DNA of 64,000 nt, taken from the IMG/VR virus record IMGVR_UViG_3300022930_000001, positions 32,001 through 96,000 of that record; one strand, 5' to 3'. Each line of letters opens with the position of its first letter. Position 1 is the first letter of the stretch. Both the position numbers and the translations under genes were made by a program. The notes beneath the pieces were generated by a model. The model made no database searches. It was not told where the DNA came from and saw only the letters and a list, made by a program, of their open reading frames with translations. Below, piece after piece: positions 46,301-55,000 of this stretch. Source of the DNA: a virus.

Positions 46301-49286
46301 TAGTTTCTTTAGCTAAAGTATTATCTAAATCTTCATAAAAGTTAGCATTTTCAGCTACAATTTCTTCTTCAGATTTTAGTTTTGTAAACTTATCTAAAAG
46401 TGTAGGATCTAAATACTGGATATCTCCTTTAGAATCACGTACTAATACACGACCTTTTTCATAACTTAAAAAGGTTATTTCATCTAGTTTAGTTTCAATA
46501 TTTATATTTTCGGTATCTCTAGCTAATTCTGCTTCTTCTTTACTTTTAAAAGTATCTACAACAACTCCTTGTGGATTCTTAAGATCTGTTGTACCAACAG
46601 GTACAGTATAGCGACCTTCAATATTAGTTTTATACTGACGATCTACTTCATATGGTACTCCATTAATTTCTATTTCCTTTGCTTTAGACTCTTGTTTAGG
46701 GTTAGTATTATCAAAAGCAAGACCATTGAGCCATTCTTCATGATTTTTTATAAAATCTTCATAACCTTCTTGTGTAAAAAGATAATCATAAGTAGAACTT
46801 GCTAAATCTCTTCCTTTTTGTATTTGATTTATATCATGACCATAATTAATAAGATCTGTATTATTAACAGGATCTATTGTTGAAGCAATTGTTGGATCTT
46901 GACCATTTACTTCAAAATTAGAAAGCTTGTTAAATAATTTAGGCAATTCATTCTCATCTCTTTTATTCAAAAAATTAGATATCGCTTCAGCATTAGTTTC
47001 ATAAGCTTTTATCTGTTCTTTTGTTTTATTATATAATGTTGGATTTTCAGAACGTTTAATTGTTGTATTTAATTGTTCTGATAATTCATTTGCTTTAGAT
47101 TTGTAATCTACTTTAAGCTCATTTAATTGTGAAGGATCAGTAAGTTTTGATATTAAGTCATTTGTTAATGCAAAATTAATCTGAGAAATATTACTTTGTA
47201 TTGATCCTAAACGTTGATTAAAATCAGTCATATTATAACTCATTTTAACTAATGCACTTTTATAATCTTCAAAGGCAAACCATGCTTTATTTTCATTAGT
47301 ATGTGCCTCAGATTGAGGATTGCCTCTATATTGGTAAGGATTTTCAAATACATTAGCTACTGCATCATGTGACTTTTTAATTACTTGTGCTTTACCAATT
47401 AATTCGTCTATATAAGCGTGATTAGATTCTCTTGTACCATCAGGTATTTGAAATAACTTATTAAGTTCTTCATTAGGAAGTTCTTTAAGCATTTCTAATT
47501 GAAGAGTTCGTACATCATAACGATTATTCTGTAATCCTGATTTAATAAAATTAAAAAATTCATCTGCTTTAAGATTCTTGAAAGCAAATATATTTTTATC
47601 TTGTACTGCTTGTGATATATCTTCTTTATGTTTTAAAGATTGTGCTGCACTATCATAATTATTTGCAAACAATCCAGTAACACCCTGTGCATTAAGATTA
47701 TTTAATGCTACTTGTGAAGCTTCTTCAGGAGATAATACACCTGCTTTATTTCTTTGATATGTTTCATATTTAGAAGACAACGGATGAAACAACGCACCAG
47801 TGATACTACCTAAAAGTATATTCTCAATACCTTCGGTAGTACCAAATTCTTGAGCTAAACCGTAGCCAACATTTGCAATTATATCTTTTAAATCACCATT
47901 TATTTTACCATTATATTTATCTTCAAAATATTTTTTAACTCCTTTTTCAGTAGCAAACTGACCACCTTCTTCAAATATACCTTCAGAAAATATAGTTGGA
48001 ACAACAGGTTTAATTGCATTCCATATTCTACCTACTTTTCCTATATTTTCTGTAGATAATGCAAGTCGATCAATATCCGAAACTACTTCTGGATTAATGT
48101 TTTCTAAACCAATTCTTCCTGCTTGTTCTTCTACAGTTGCTTCAATACCTTTTTTTACACCTTGTTTATAAGAATTCCAAGGCTTTAATATAGATTCAAA
48201 CTGAATTGCATTAGACACGGATAGAAGAGCCATATTAATACCGTAACGAGTATTACCTGCGGCAGTAGCAAATCCTTCTATTTTAGCAATATCATCTGAA
48301 GTTGGATTATATCCATTTTCTTTATAAAAAGAATCTATTAAATCTTTTTTTACTTCTTCATAACCTTGACGTGCCTCCATACCTGCTTCAGTATTAGCTG
48401 AAGAGGCTAAAGTAGTCATATAACGCACACCTTTACCTATTCTAGCTCCTTCAGCAGCAGCCGCCATGTTTGCTATACTAAGAAGTGTTTCATCACTTTT
48501 ATTAAGTGTTCTTGCTGTATTGAGTACTTCTTCAAGACGATTTGTTCCTGTAAATAATTTATTAAGATATAGTGATGCTTTACCAACTTGATTTGCAAGT
48601 AGAGGTAATTCGCCAATACCTTCTGTAACAGCTCCAATAGCAATATCTTGTAATGCTGCTGAACCAATTGCACCTATCGTATAACCAAGATTTTTAACAA
48701 CCTTATCTGACCAAAAATTAGCAGCACCTCCTGAAAAAGGTATTGCTGAAAGTAATGGATGTTCTTGTTCCCATTTAGTATAGTAATTTGGAAATTGATC
48801 TTCAAGATTTTTAGTAAATGTATCTATAGTATTATACCAATCTCCTTTCCATATATTACCATCTTTAGTACCTGCAATAAGATCAGGTACTTGAAGTAAA
48901 CCTTCAGCAAATGAACCTGCAGCAAGTCCGCCCATCTTAGCTAAACCATTACCCCATTTACTATACCAAGACTGATTCTTTGCATAATTTTCTTCATTAT
49001 CTTCAAAAGCATTATATACTGGATATTTTCTAGTAATAGGCTCTGGAGTAGATATTATTTTATCATAATTAGTAGTACGTTCTGGTTGAGCAAAACGTGA
49101 CATAACTTCAGACAAATCCATATCCATAAAACTCTTAGGTGTTTCACTTGTCACACCATTTGCTAATTGTTGAGGTTGATATGTAACAGGAGAAGCTTGA
49201 GGAATACTAATAGAAGATACATCCTGAATTTCAGGGTTTGGGCCTGTACTTAAATCTAAAGGAACTATTGGTGTTAAATCAGCCAT
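37398..49286 (-). CDS. virion-packaged DNA-dependent RNA polymerase (crAss-like, phi14:2 gp66-type) polyprotein
   Basis: 3962 aa. GYRIPTQ..NS and SGGDFDVDKL (DxDxD metal motif at about 39915-39929), plus SDGQSW and KLxG motifs. Hydrophobic Gly/Ala-rich N-terminal region. Confidence 0.88.
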   Translation of the reverse strand: MADLTPIVPLDLSTGPNPEIQDVSSISIPQASPVTYQPQQLANGVTSETPKSFMDMDLSEVMSRFAQPERTTNYDKIISTPEPITRKYPVYNAFEDNEENYAKNQSWYSKWGNGLAKMGGLAAGSFAEGLLQVPDLIAGTKDGNIWKGDWYNTIDTFTKNLEDQFPNYYTKWEQEHPLLSAIPFSGGAANFWSDKVVKNLGYTIGAIGSAALQDIAIGAVTEGIGELPLLANQVGKASLYLNKLFTGTNRLEEVLNTARTLNKSDETLLSIANMAAAAEGARIGKGVRYMTTLASSANTEAGMEARQGYEEVKKDLIDSFYKENGYNPTSDDIAKIEGFATAAGNTRYGINMALLSVSNAIQFESILKPWNSYKQGVKKGIEATVEEQAGRIGLENINPEVVSDIDRLALSTENIGKVGRIWNAIKPVVPTIFSEGIFEEGGQFATEKGVKKYFEDKYNGKINGDLKDIIANVGYGLAQEFGTTEGIENILLGSITGALFHPLSSKYETYQRNKAGVLSPEEASQVALNNLNAQGVTGLFANNYDSAAQSLKHKEDISQAVQDKNIFAFKNLKADEFFNFIKSGLQNNRYDVRTLQLEMLKELPNEELNKLFQIPDGTRESNHAYIDELIGKAQVIKKSHDAVANVFENPYQYRGNPQSEAHTNENKAWFAFEDYKSALVKMSYNMTDFNQRLGSIQSNISQINFALTNDLISKLTDPSQLNELKVDYKSKANELSEQLNTTIKRSENPTLYNKTKEQIKAYETNAEAISNFLNKRDENELPKLFNKLSNFEVNGQDPTIASTIDPVNNTDLINYGHDINQIQKGRDLASSTYDYLFTQEGYEDFIKNHEEWLNGLAFDNTNPKQESKAKEIEINGVPYEVDRQYKTNIEGRYTVPVGTTDLKNPQGVVVDTFKSKEEAELARDTENINIETKLDEITFLSYEKGRVLVRDSKGDIQYLDPTLLDKFTKLKSEEEIVAENANFYEDLDNTLAKETNTAPDLSSGEDTNENTEAEIKSREAAKKAKEIVNRSTTSNSNSTKEYYKLQKRFFSKFDTFKKDVKDNARVIFVHKNNQEALGLNGLVEKMLEGGYGAVYDINDPKLTPVLAIFVKQNKDKFEYLDSEGNILSNDNQFALNQLEENLQDRINDFINKGASVNDAKNLAWNEFPEADKKAIEKLRISQIDINNLIIGTMPIAKEQYLSGEESPWRNDTSKEYIKADNEAWQKQREIILANNSANPEMYNFNISRGFPEVELDAENNIKYNSAVGTLIKHSDLSKGNLLQVSNGKFVTPNNETLNIPSGKLVLINGNTVEKLNNRKFTENEVNNVYNLLKKFVTEAKATGHFNKEILTYFRGIMYWREVKEGSTIGNSQVYLNKGILNIGKYSTPFTSKAILDNQEAIKEAFSNIFVNANNKYVQNNTPFRELSINDNGDINAITWNSYQHYLLSNKYDIEETENELSGKTRSDLEIPFKTPVRPINGTVPNDSNYIGKYAVIGNSVSENAPLFNTIIKQEVKSASKTKTEETPITVNTPVETKSTGIQFNGKTVNTYKTSIGDLRFSVTKNKAGNNAIAIVSDGNYKKYITSLLTNPTEDFISYLEYFNEETPTKALAEDYLLEQVDNYITNSNIQEENPVTTVANEEKIQEQVKEISKEEVTKPSDKTNIAPGDINSLDLGDWNEEAFRTVLNSMNYTEHNLAKSEAWFKENIPVDSRRLNHLIKVTGGGYAWGSYFNKVASWYKNAKLGTIEHEGFEAIWGDFATLKERKEVLKEFNARTGSFISSETGKAITYSKATEHEAKEQLAEELGNYVLNNELYSEPKQGQNAIYRFFKKFVDFIKSMLGIDQSKIKQMFDKINTGYYKTSAYISEANNNGAEYSILNLTESDSYNIVRGLTYNIMGELFANNRNLIEFDEIGSEHAVKDLYNKVLKNVENLFTVKVPQLLKAGRINEVQFANFTKIWDSIKADNKNVNALVEEYLKTFSIVADLSGESILDLDIEKDPNKEAENTEYAANNPEGYLVNSFKVDAKKNASNSVKLLMATLPETTYIDPIDKTKGTKPVLDTATLMPKMANYSKTFNFLLNQLWDVNTWDEKEQRLMDLAKDYPNYVSLNKRLKIGQANVDLDTWNLRTKFFNVMSKQRPDAYIHFIGKDEEGKSGSRVRAINTNALVKSKAQEWLDTLKLAVSSPNNIVQIDKDNQYEFNGSKIASNPLKTAIDKLQYLNDLNIPFTNQIYNKLSESDKTEFSKAVLNLNNSLKNKNKVIDITPSTLNSAGNFNKIAALYLRGNEDSTSTFSNIDGEKQQQFVGNNFISNLTNDINGSKDKDDLIQRLPFITEDYRSDSVYLNKFLFTEEGEKTGKSIEIGYNQGLVNSEADEETPISKMIAPVRLLEQINMNLKKNYYMLVPADAQTEWMLKMEHIVPFDRFANNDVNDVIYRTFNNYYKTEKRIATDTQGQIKLDKNEQSIYKSTMYHKDFNSNYSTVDLNKDKFINYIDTNVTSIIKYLKDNNVITSNKNTPDKFILKGLDDEFLATNHLGKSFTEAELTQLFKFTETNYMINHIEMHKMYFGDPSVIKDPLKRYKSFFSPRESAMYASEALNRSLNEELNKAENIELTPNDYGYWKHKEFIPTVTIKDLRTSDARTDLGDAVSIVNDKSEGVAQYADDYEITNPSDGQSWAFLPAYREILYKNGGRFSKDHEALFQYVTALDRQAMYEDGHLNDDKDSANYYKPSLKVQDTKKVAEGYKGEAQFHVIKPIGSGITLDGKIFLDKTSLAPLSYTFVRGTALEPHYLKMWKQGIGYAIMESGRKLGGQNADSLYNEDGSVNKDKYNTIVNVPHRYYGVQVETAGGHYEGPLGSQLSKLGIVNLRDNGQAQTEAIQKKIERHNEALRNITNYGYEELLKKLGIKDKSGYFTAPDKNKVAKLLKNELFRRESPQNLKDAIQVGKDGNFIIPFEAMSNYQQIKDILYSFVDKLIAKPKMHGGPKIQLAGTGFEIGGRTVKKAKKDGKDVLVSNGLKFYSATYNEQGIRTSVGRMEVLLPMFFWDKIKTSKRWKNASEADILEHLNNTKEGREVLKGIGYRIPTQELNSVEAFIIKGFIPKWMGDTIVLPEAITTKSGGDFDVDKLNTYLKNIYLDESGNIKPIPYFGFGKEARAKFDEIDIEFNGTDEEYIAQILGDDFDIYSVNKIADRMYGESLQNEYFDSLSDLILLPENYERLIRPNSADIGKALRVELETIAPNEFSSAKDKSILNRQYMSNMRHLFLIGKAWVGISASSQTNNALNQSTQIVLNPEQLDKLDDNERKWIGNANIMLPHNTTVFEGKTLPTLSKAKDKAGEFISDKISRYIDGPVDIAKDPWVTQLFQNTASFSTGLFLEKLGVPDRDVIFFLNQPIIREYNKLLNDRKTAWLYNDKNIKDILSKFGLLPQFFKNGILLNPITINSIDTKSLKGNIEKFYSGKKFTQEENEQQKTILYEYLKYSVLATHLFNFQRATSYDTNPQSEPNQQFRKTNLLVAVQTNNIWTSINSLLDNTSLGAVVDKVQKSSKAISQSYSIYNDIIRGNIEKVLSQLPSSGINFEKAARQVEESYLSYIVQTNLGTNTRIQELMLDTEKNLAKQVWELKKDLTKNHKNSDLANNKILQELISLVGNKRSEVKNITIAQKPQDVFTADVYTNAFRELRDNPITQELYSNIIDLSILQSGLGQSPIAFSKFIPYEDYSTKIADVLKNITGAPNLQEFVQTGQFFRNNWKNTDLVPNINEDFDDTLLSKYKFPRTPQWFSALKESKGITDNKYTLYKIFSKKGVANNSFITMNTYPTPIDAENETNKRTILLQRVEDETGTPIEILNTYSSGFVSDNGFYLYVPINPLGDGMKLQEYYTDIRPSVTNNAGYKIENELSMQEIVRAYANRLNTNKAQNIQENLDISENLPNIVNPEISSSEEKNSIDQQIDNMINDGEIEPQC

Positions 49287-49289
49287 TTA

Positions 49290-51917
49290 TTAATATTTTT
49301 TGTAGTTTTTTCTAGCCCATTCAATAATATCTGCAGGACTTAATTTATTTTTTGTAGCAGGATCAACCATAATACTTAAATCTTCTAATGCTTTATTTGC
49401 TGAAGAAAGATTTGGATATTCTTGTCTTGCTCTTCCATTTTGATCTATACCCGGATCTATAGGTATTTTATTTCCACTATCATCTAATACATAAACACTA
49501 TATCCTGCATTTGGGCCATACCCTTTAGCAATAACATGTCTTATTTTACCATTGGTAGTTACTCTTACACCAACTCCTTTATCAGGAGTCATGTTATTAG
49601 GACTTTTATCAATAGCTTGTTCTAATCTATAAAAAGGATCAGGTCGTCCAAAGGTGTTTGCTTGTGATGGTATTTTAATAGTTTGAATATCATCTTTTTT
49701 ATTAGAACTTAAATCATTATAACGTAGGTATTGATTTCCATTTTCATCTTGATATGTATCTATTGGTTTAATTTTATCAACATCAATTTCTATCTTTTTA
49801 CCCGGAGTTGCTTCTTTAATTGCAGATGCTGCTAATTTTTGATATTGTTTTTCAACTTCAGCTTTTCCTGAAATTATTGTAGAAGGATATGTTAATGTTT
49901 GTCCTTTTACTTCATATAAAGAATCTATTGTTTTTTGACGCTTTGAAAGCAAATTATCTAAAGGTTGTACAATTTTTTTAGAAGCTTCTGCAAATTTATT
50001 AATTCCACCATCTGCAATTGCTCTTAATATTGGATAGTCAGGATCGTTTTTGTAATGATCTGCAATATCTTGAATAATTTTTTTAGTTTCATTACCACCA
50101 GTAGTTGCATCTAAATATTGATCTCCTAATGATTCTTTTAATTTATTTTCTACTTCTGTTTTAAATATTTTATATTTAGTTACAAATTCTTGATTTTGTG
50201 CAGGTGTAAATTCTAATTTACGTTTTATAGAACCATCTGGATATTTAATATTTAGTCCATCTACACTAATTTTTTCATTTAATCCTGCAAATGGATGTTC
50301 TTTTATTGCTTGATTGACAATTGATTTATCTAAATTTTCCAAAGATGATTTATAAATTAAATCGTCTTGAACACGATTTTTATAACGTAAATAAGTAGAA
50401 TTTACTTGTCCATCTCCATTTGCAATATGTTTTTCTTGTTCTTTTACAAATCCTACAAAAGCATCATTAAAGTATTTAGAACCTAATTCTAAATCAGGAT
50501 TTAATTGTGCATAATTTTTCTTTAAATCTTCACTAGCATTATAAAGATTATCATCTGCTTGTTTTATACGAGACTGATTTTGTACCTGATCATATTTATC
50601 TGGTGTAATACCTCCAACAGAACTATATAAACCTAAACTTTGCATTGCCTTATTACCTGATCCTGTTGAAAAACTACCATCAGGATTAAAAGATTTAATA
50701 TTTGCATTAACAAATGATTGATAATATGGATCATCAATAGTTATAGCCGCACCTGTTACTGGGTTTTGTCCTGCAGCAATCATTTTCATTTCAAGTTCTT
50801 TACCTGCAATACCTAAATGCGCCTGAGCAATACCAATATTTGCTGCCTTAAAAGCATCATCTTGACTTTGAATAGCTGATTGATTTGCTTTTATTTCTAG
50901 TTCATGATCATCCTGCTGATAATTAGTCACATAACTTTTACGTAACTCATCATTAAAAAATGTTTGTTTAATTTTATTAAAATCTTGTCCTGAAGTAAAA
51001 TAATTTATATATTTAGATTTATCTGCTTGTAGTTTAGTTATATTATGTTCAGTATCTGATAAAAAAGCATCTACTTGTTTTTGAACAATTGGATTAGTAG
51101 GATCTTCAGCTTTTTTTGCAATATAAAAAGCTTTTAAAGCATTATTTTGTTGCAATTGTGTATCATAAAAATTATTTATATGCCTATAGAAACTTATAGG
51201 ATTTTCATTACGATACGTATAAGCTCCTGATATATCTAATTGTTTTTGTATCCTAGGATCTCTAGCAATAATACCATTAACTAAATTTTCAATTTCGGCA
51301 GGTCTTACTTTACTTTCTTTATCGATAAAGTATTGAAATTTACCATCAGAATTGATTTTATAACTTACAGTAGGGCCGAGTTCGTCTAAAGCTTCTTTAA
51401 TAGGTGTATTAGCATCAAAATAACGTGTTGCTGCTTTTGGGCCTTTATAGGAATCACTTAAATCTTGACTATTTAAATATCTATTTACTTCCTGAGTATC
51501 ATACCACTCATTTTCAGGAGAATATAATTCAGGATGTTTTTCTTTTAATGTCTTTTGATCGCTCATTAAAGTTTTTATGCCCTGAGTAGACATAATTGCA
51601 CTTTGAATATTAGGATCTTTATATATTTTAGAAGATAACCCCATTGCTTGATTTACAATAGAATTATTTGAAAAATCTGTACCTGCTAAAGAATTTAATT
51701 CACTAGTAACATCTTTCACTTTATTTTGAAGATATTCTTTATCAATAGGACGATAAACATCTAATCCTGATGCATTATCAAGTGTTGATTGAATTCGAGA
51801 TACATTTGAATCGTATTGACCTTGTTTTGTACGTAAAGTTCTATCCAATAGATTAAGATCTACTGATGGAGTATAAGGTGCAAGAGGTACGTTTGAAGAT
51901 TCTAAATAGTTTGCCAT
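49290..51917 (-). CDS. virion cargo/ejection protein
   Basis: 875 aa, first gene of the vRNAP operon. N-terminal PY.P..D..LL...L..KQGQYD. Confidence 0.65.
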   Translation of the reverse strand: MANYLESSNVPLAPYTPSVDLNLLDRTLRTKQGQYDSNVSRIQSTLDNASGLDVYRPIDKEYLQNKVKDVTSELNSLAGTDFSNNSIVNQAMGLSSKIYKDPNIQSAIMSTQGIKTLMSDQKTLKEKHPELYSPENEWYDTQEVNRYLNSQDLSDSYKGPKAATRYFDANTPIKEALDELGPTVSYKINSDGKFQYFIDKESKVRPAEIENLVNGIIARDPRIQKQLDISGAYTYRNENPISFYRHINNFYDTQLQQNNALKAFYIAKKAEDPTNPIVQKQVDAFLSDTEHNITKLQADKSKYINYFTSGQDFNKIKQTFFNDELRKSYVTNYQQDDHELEIKANQSAIQSQDDAFKAANIGIAQAHLGIAGKELEMKMIAAGQNPVTGAAITIDDPYYQSFVNANIKSFNPDGSFSTGSGNKAMQSLGLYSSVGGITPDKYDQVQNQSRIKQADDNLYNASEDLKKNYAQLNPDLELGSKYFNDAFVGFVKEQEKHIANGDGQVNSTYLRYKNRVQDDLIYKSSLENLDKSIVNQAIKEHPFAGLNEKISVDGLNIKYPDGSIKRKLEFTPAQNQEFVTKYKIFKTEVENKLKESLGDQYLDATTGGNETKKIIQDIADHYKNDPDYPILRAIADGGINKFAEASKKIVQPLDNLLSKRQKTIDSLYEVKGQTLTYPSTIISGKAEVEKQYQKLAASAIKEATPGKKIEIDVDKIKPIDTYQDENGNQYLRYNDLSSNKKDDIQTIKIPSQANTFGRPDPFYRLEQAIDKSPNNMTPDKGVGVRVTTNGKIRHVIAKGYGPNAGYSVYVLDDSGNKIPIDPGIDQNGRARQEYPNLSSANKALEDLSIMVDPATKNKLSPADIIEWARKNYKKY

Positions 51918-51932
51918 GTATTATATAATTTA

Positions 51933-51964
51933 CAAATTTAAATTAAAAAACTGATATAAACAAA
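51933..51964 (-). promoter_or_regulatory. Bacteroidota-type promoter for the vRNAP operon
   Basis: On the reverse strand: TTTG (51964-61), 20 nt, TAAATTTG (51940-33), ending 15 nt before ATG 51917. Confidence 0.75.
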
Positions 51965-51984
51965 TATTTCATGTTATATCAGTT
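51945..51984 (-). terminator. intrinsic terminator after the 1369-aa gene
   Basis: aactgatataa (51949-59) / ttatatcagtt (51974-84) inverted repeat, with a U-run on the minus strand. Confidence 0.6.
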
Positions 51985-52015
51985 AATTATGATTGTTATT
52001 TTCTAATGAATAACA

Positions 52016-55000
52016 TTAAAATATTCCACCCCAACGTTTCATTGAAGTTTTACGAGCTTTTGCTTTTGTTGTTTCATCAACAGCATCAGGATAATCTGTT
52101 TCTATCTGTTTTATGATGTTACCATCTTTATCTCGTATATATACTTCTTTATTATTCGTATTATGTCCTCCTAAACCAGAGTTAGGAACAAACTGATAAG
52201 GATCTCCAATATATTCTACTTTACCACTTGCAGGATTAAAACGATAATTAGACATTGATTCTATCAAATGTATATTATTATTTTCTGCCCGCTTTTGATC
52301 ATATTTATTGGATATTGAAGCCAAAGCTTGATATTTTTGACCTTTTGTTGCTGCAATAGCCCTTGCTTGTTTATCTAGTTGGTCTGCAGTGAATTGTAAA
52401 TTTATTTTAGATGCATCATTCATAATTGAATAATTCTTATTTAACACATCATTTTGAATACTTTGATTAGTTCTAAATTCTTCGGCATTAATAGAATTTT
52501 CTTGATTATACTTTTGAGCAGCTAAAGAACTAGTTGCTGCGGCATTACCTACAAGATTTTTATTTAAAGCATTAAAAGTAGACTGCGCATCATTCTTTCT
52601 ATCTTGAAAAGATACTTGATAAGGAGTTAATAATTGTGGATTATATTGCTGTCCAACTACTTGATCAGGATATTGACCCAATAAACTTATTTCAGGTAAA
52701 ATATTAGAAAGACGTAATCTATTTTTATCAGCTAATGAATAAGGCTTATTATGATTAATAGGATTAATAGAACTTGTCATATCTCCTTTATAAGGAGGCA
52801 ACTCAGGTATCGCTACAGATGAAATATTCGTTTGTTGTGGTTGAGCATTTAATAATTGTAATGGAGCATTATTAAGATATGAATTATCTCCTGCAAAAGG
52901 CTTTAGATCTAAATATGGATTTGACGTATTATTATTATTTATTCTGGAAGCTGTAACATTATAGTTTTCTGGAGCATAATCAATACTTGTATAAGGAATA
53001 TTAGATAAAGGTTCTGCTGTTTGCATAGCATCTTGATCAAATCGATATCCAGACGCAGCCTTAACCATATTTCTAATATTGTCTGAAGTACTTCGTACTG
53101 CTTCTATAGAACCTCCATTAAAACAATTCTTACCTTTTTTCATTGTCATTCCCATTTTAGCTTCAAATTCTTTAGATATATTTTTAGGATTTATTCCCAT
53201 TTTATCCGCAGCTTCAAGCATTGTATTTTGTAATTGAATCAATGCATCTTTTTGAGCAAATACTGATTTATTTTTCTGAGCTACAGCATCATTCATGACA
53301 GACGCAGAATTAAAAGAAAGAATATCATTTAACTTAGAAGGATCTTTTATTGAAAGTAATGTTGTTGCCTTATTTTGCAATTTAGAGATTTTATTTTCTT
53401 GTTCTGCAATATCTTTTCCTGCAGATTTAAATTTTGTATTCGTAGTTGGTATGTACATATTTCCTAATACTACTGCGTTACCGTATTTATCTAAAGTTAT
53501 TGGTTCACCTTTTTCAGCTTCTACTTGTGTACTACCAAATGCAATATTAGTTCCGCCATTTTCATGAGTATCTCCTAGTATTTCAGCCGTATGTGGAGAG
53601 AGCATTTTATATTTATCTCCTTCAACTTGTAATCCATTTTCAGCTAACATGTTTGTTCCATATTCTGCTTTATGATTCCAGTGCTTAGCATTCTTAGCAA
53701 AGTTTGCCATTTGACGTACATGAGGATCTTTACTATGAAGCGCTTCTTCAGTAGTTTTACCTGTACGCTTTTTATATGCTGTAAATTTACCTTTATTTTC
53801 TGGTTTAATATGAATACCTGATTTAGCTTCTCTAATACTATCTAGAGAATAATCTGTATTTTCATCTGTATGCCAATTAGCTTGTTGATTTCTTTGTATT
53901 GATTGTGGACTATTTATAGGAATTATTTCTTGAATACTATTAGAAGCCATAGGAATACCTTGAGCATTTGATTGCCATTCAGGAGTATCGAACCATTGCC
54001 CATTACCAGGATTTTCTTTTATAGCCCGTTCATAATCAGTACCATAATTTTTAGTATTTGTATTACCGAATCGATCTGTATGCTGATATTCATATTGTTT
54101 ATACCTCTGTTGAGCTGTTTTATGACCATAATAATTATCAACAGGAGAAAGACCTTCTACAGAACTGTTAATTCTAGAAGGATCCTGTTGTTGAAAATCT
54201 TGCTGAATCATCGCAAGCCTATCAGGATTAAATCCTTGAGATTGTAAATAAGAATTTCCTTCGGATTGATTATGATCATTTCCTAAATAACCATTTCTAT
54301 AAGAATTAGATTGAATTTTTTCCCACTGATTACGTTCTTCAGGTGTTACTGGAGTTTGAGAATTTAAACCTAAATAAGGTATGTGTCCACCATTAACATA
54401 TTTTCTAGAACCATCATCATTATACAAACTATCTATCTGGTCATCTGTTCCATCAATAGGAATGTTCTGATTATTGCTGTACCAATCATCAGGAGCTTTA
54501 AAAGCTGGTAGATTAGGTACTTGTGTATACTGAGGTTGATAGTTGTTCTGACTATTCTGCCCCAGTTGTATAGGGTCTATATGCTGCCCTACTTTAACTG
54601 GTTGTTTTGGATAAGATGGTTCAATATAATATTCATTATTTGTATCAGGATTAAAAGAGGAATGTAACCAACTTGCTTTTGGTGTAGGTATTGAATGTTT
54701 TCGATAAAAGTTACTTAATGCAAGATGATTGTCTTGCATTTTTTGAACTAATGGAGCAGTTATATCATTATAATGTTCTTGAGTCAAGGAATTATTTTTA
54801 GATCTATCATCAAAGGCATTTATAACCTTTGTAGCAGCTTCTTTTGAAGCTATCTGTAAAGGATATACAAGTAAACTATCCTGATAAGCTTTATATCTTG
54901 GGTCATTAGGAGAGTCTACATAGATAGGATCATTTTTTTTAATATTACCACCTTCTTTAAATATTGCTTGAGAATTATCTCCATTAGGATATGGATTATA

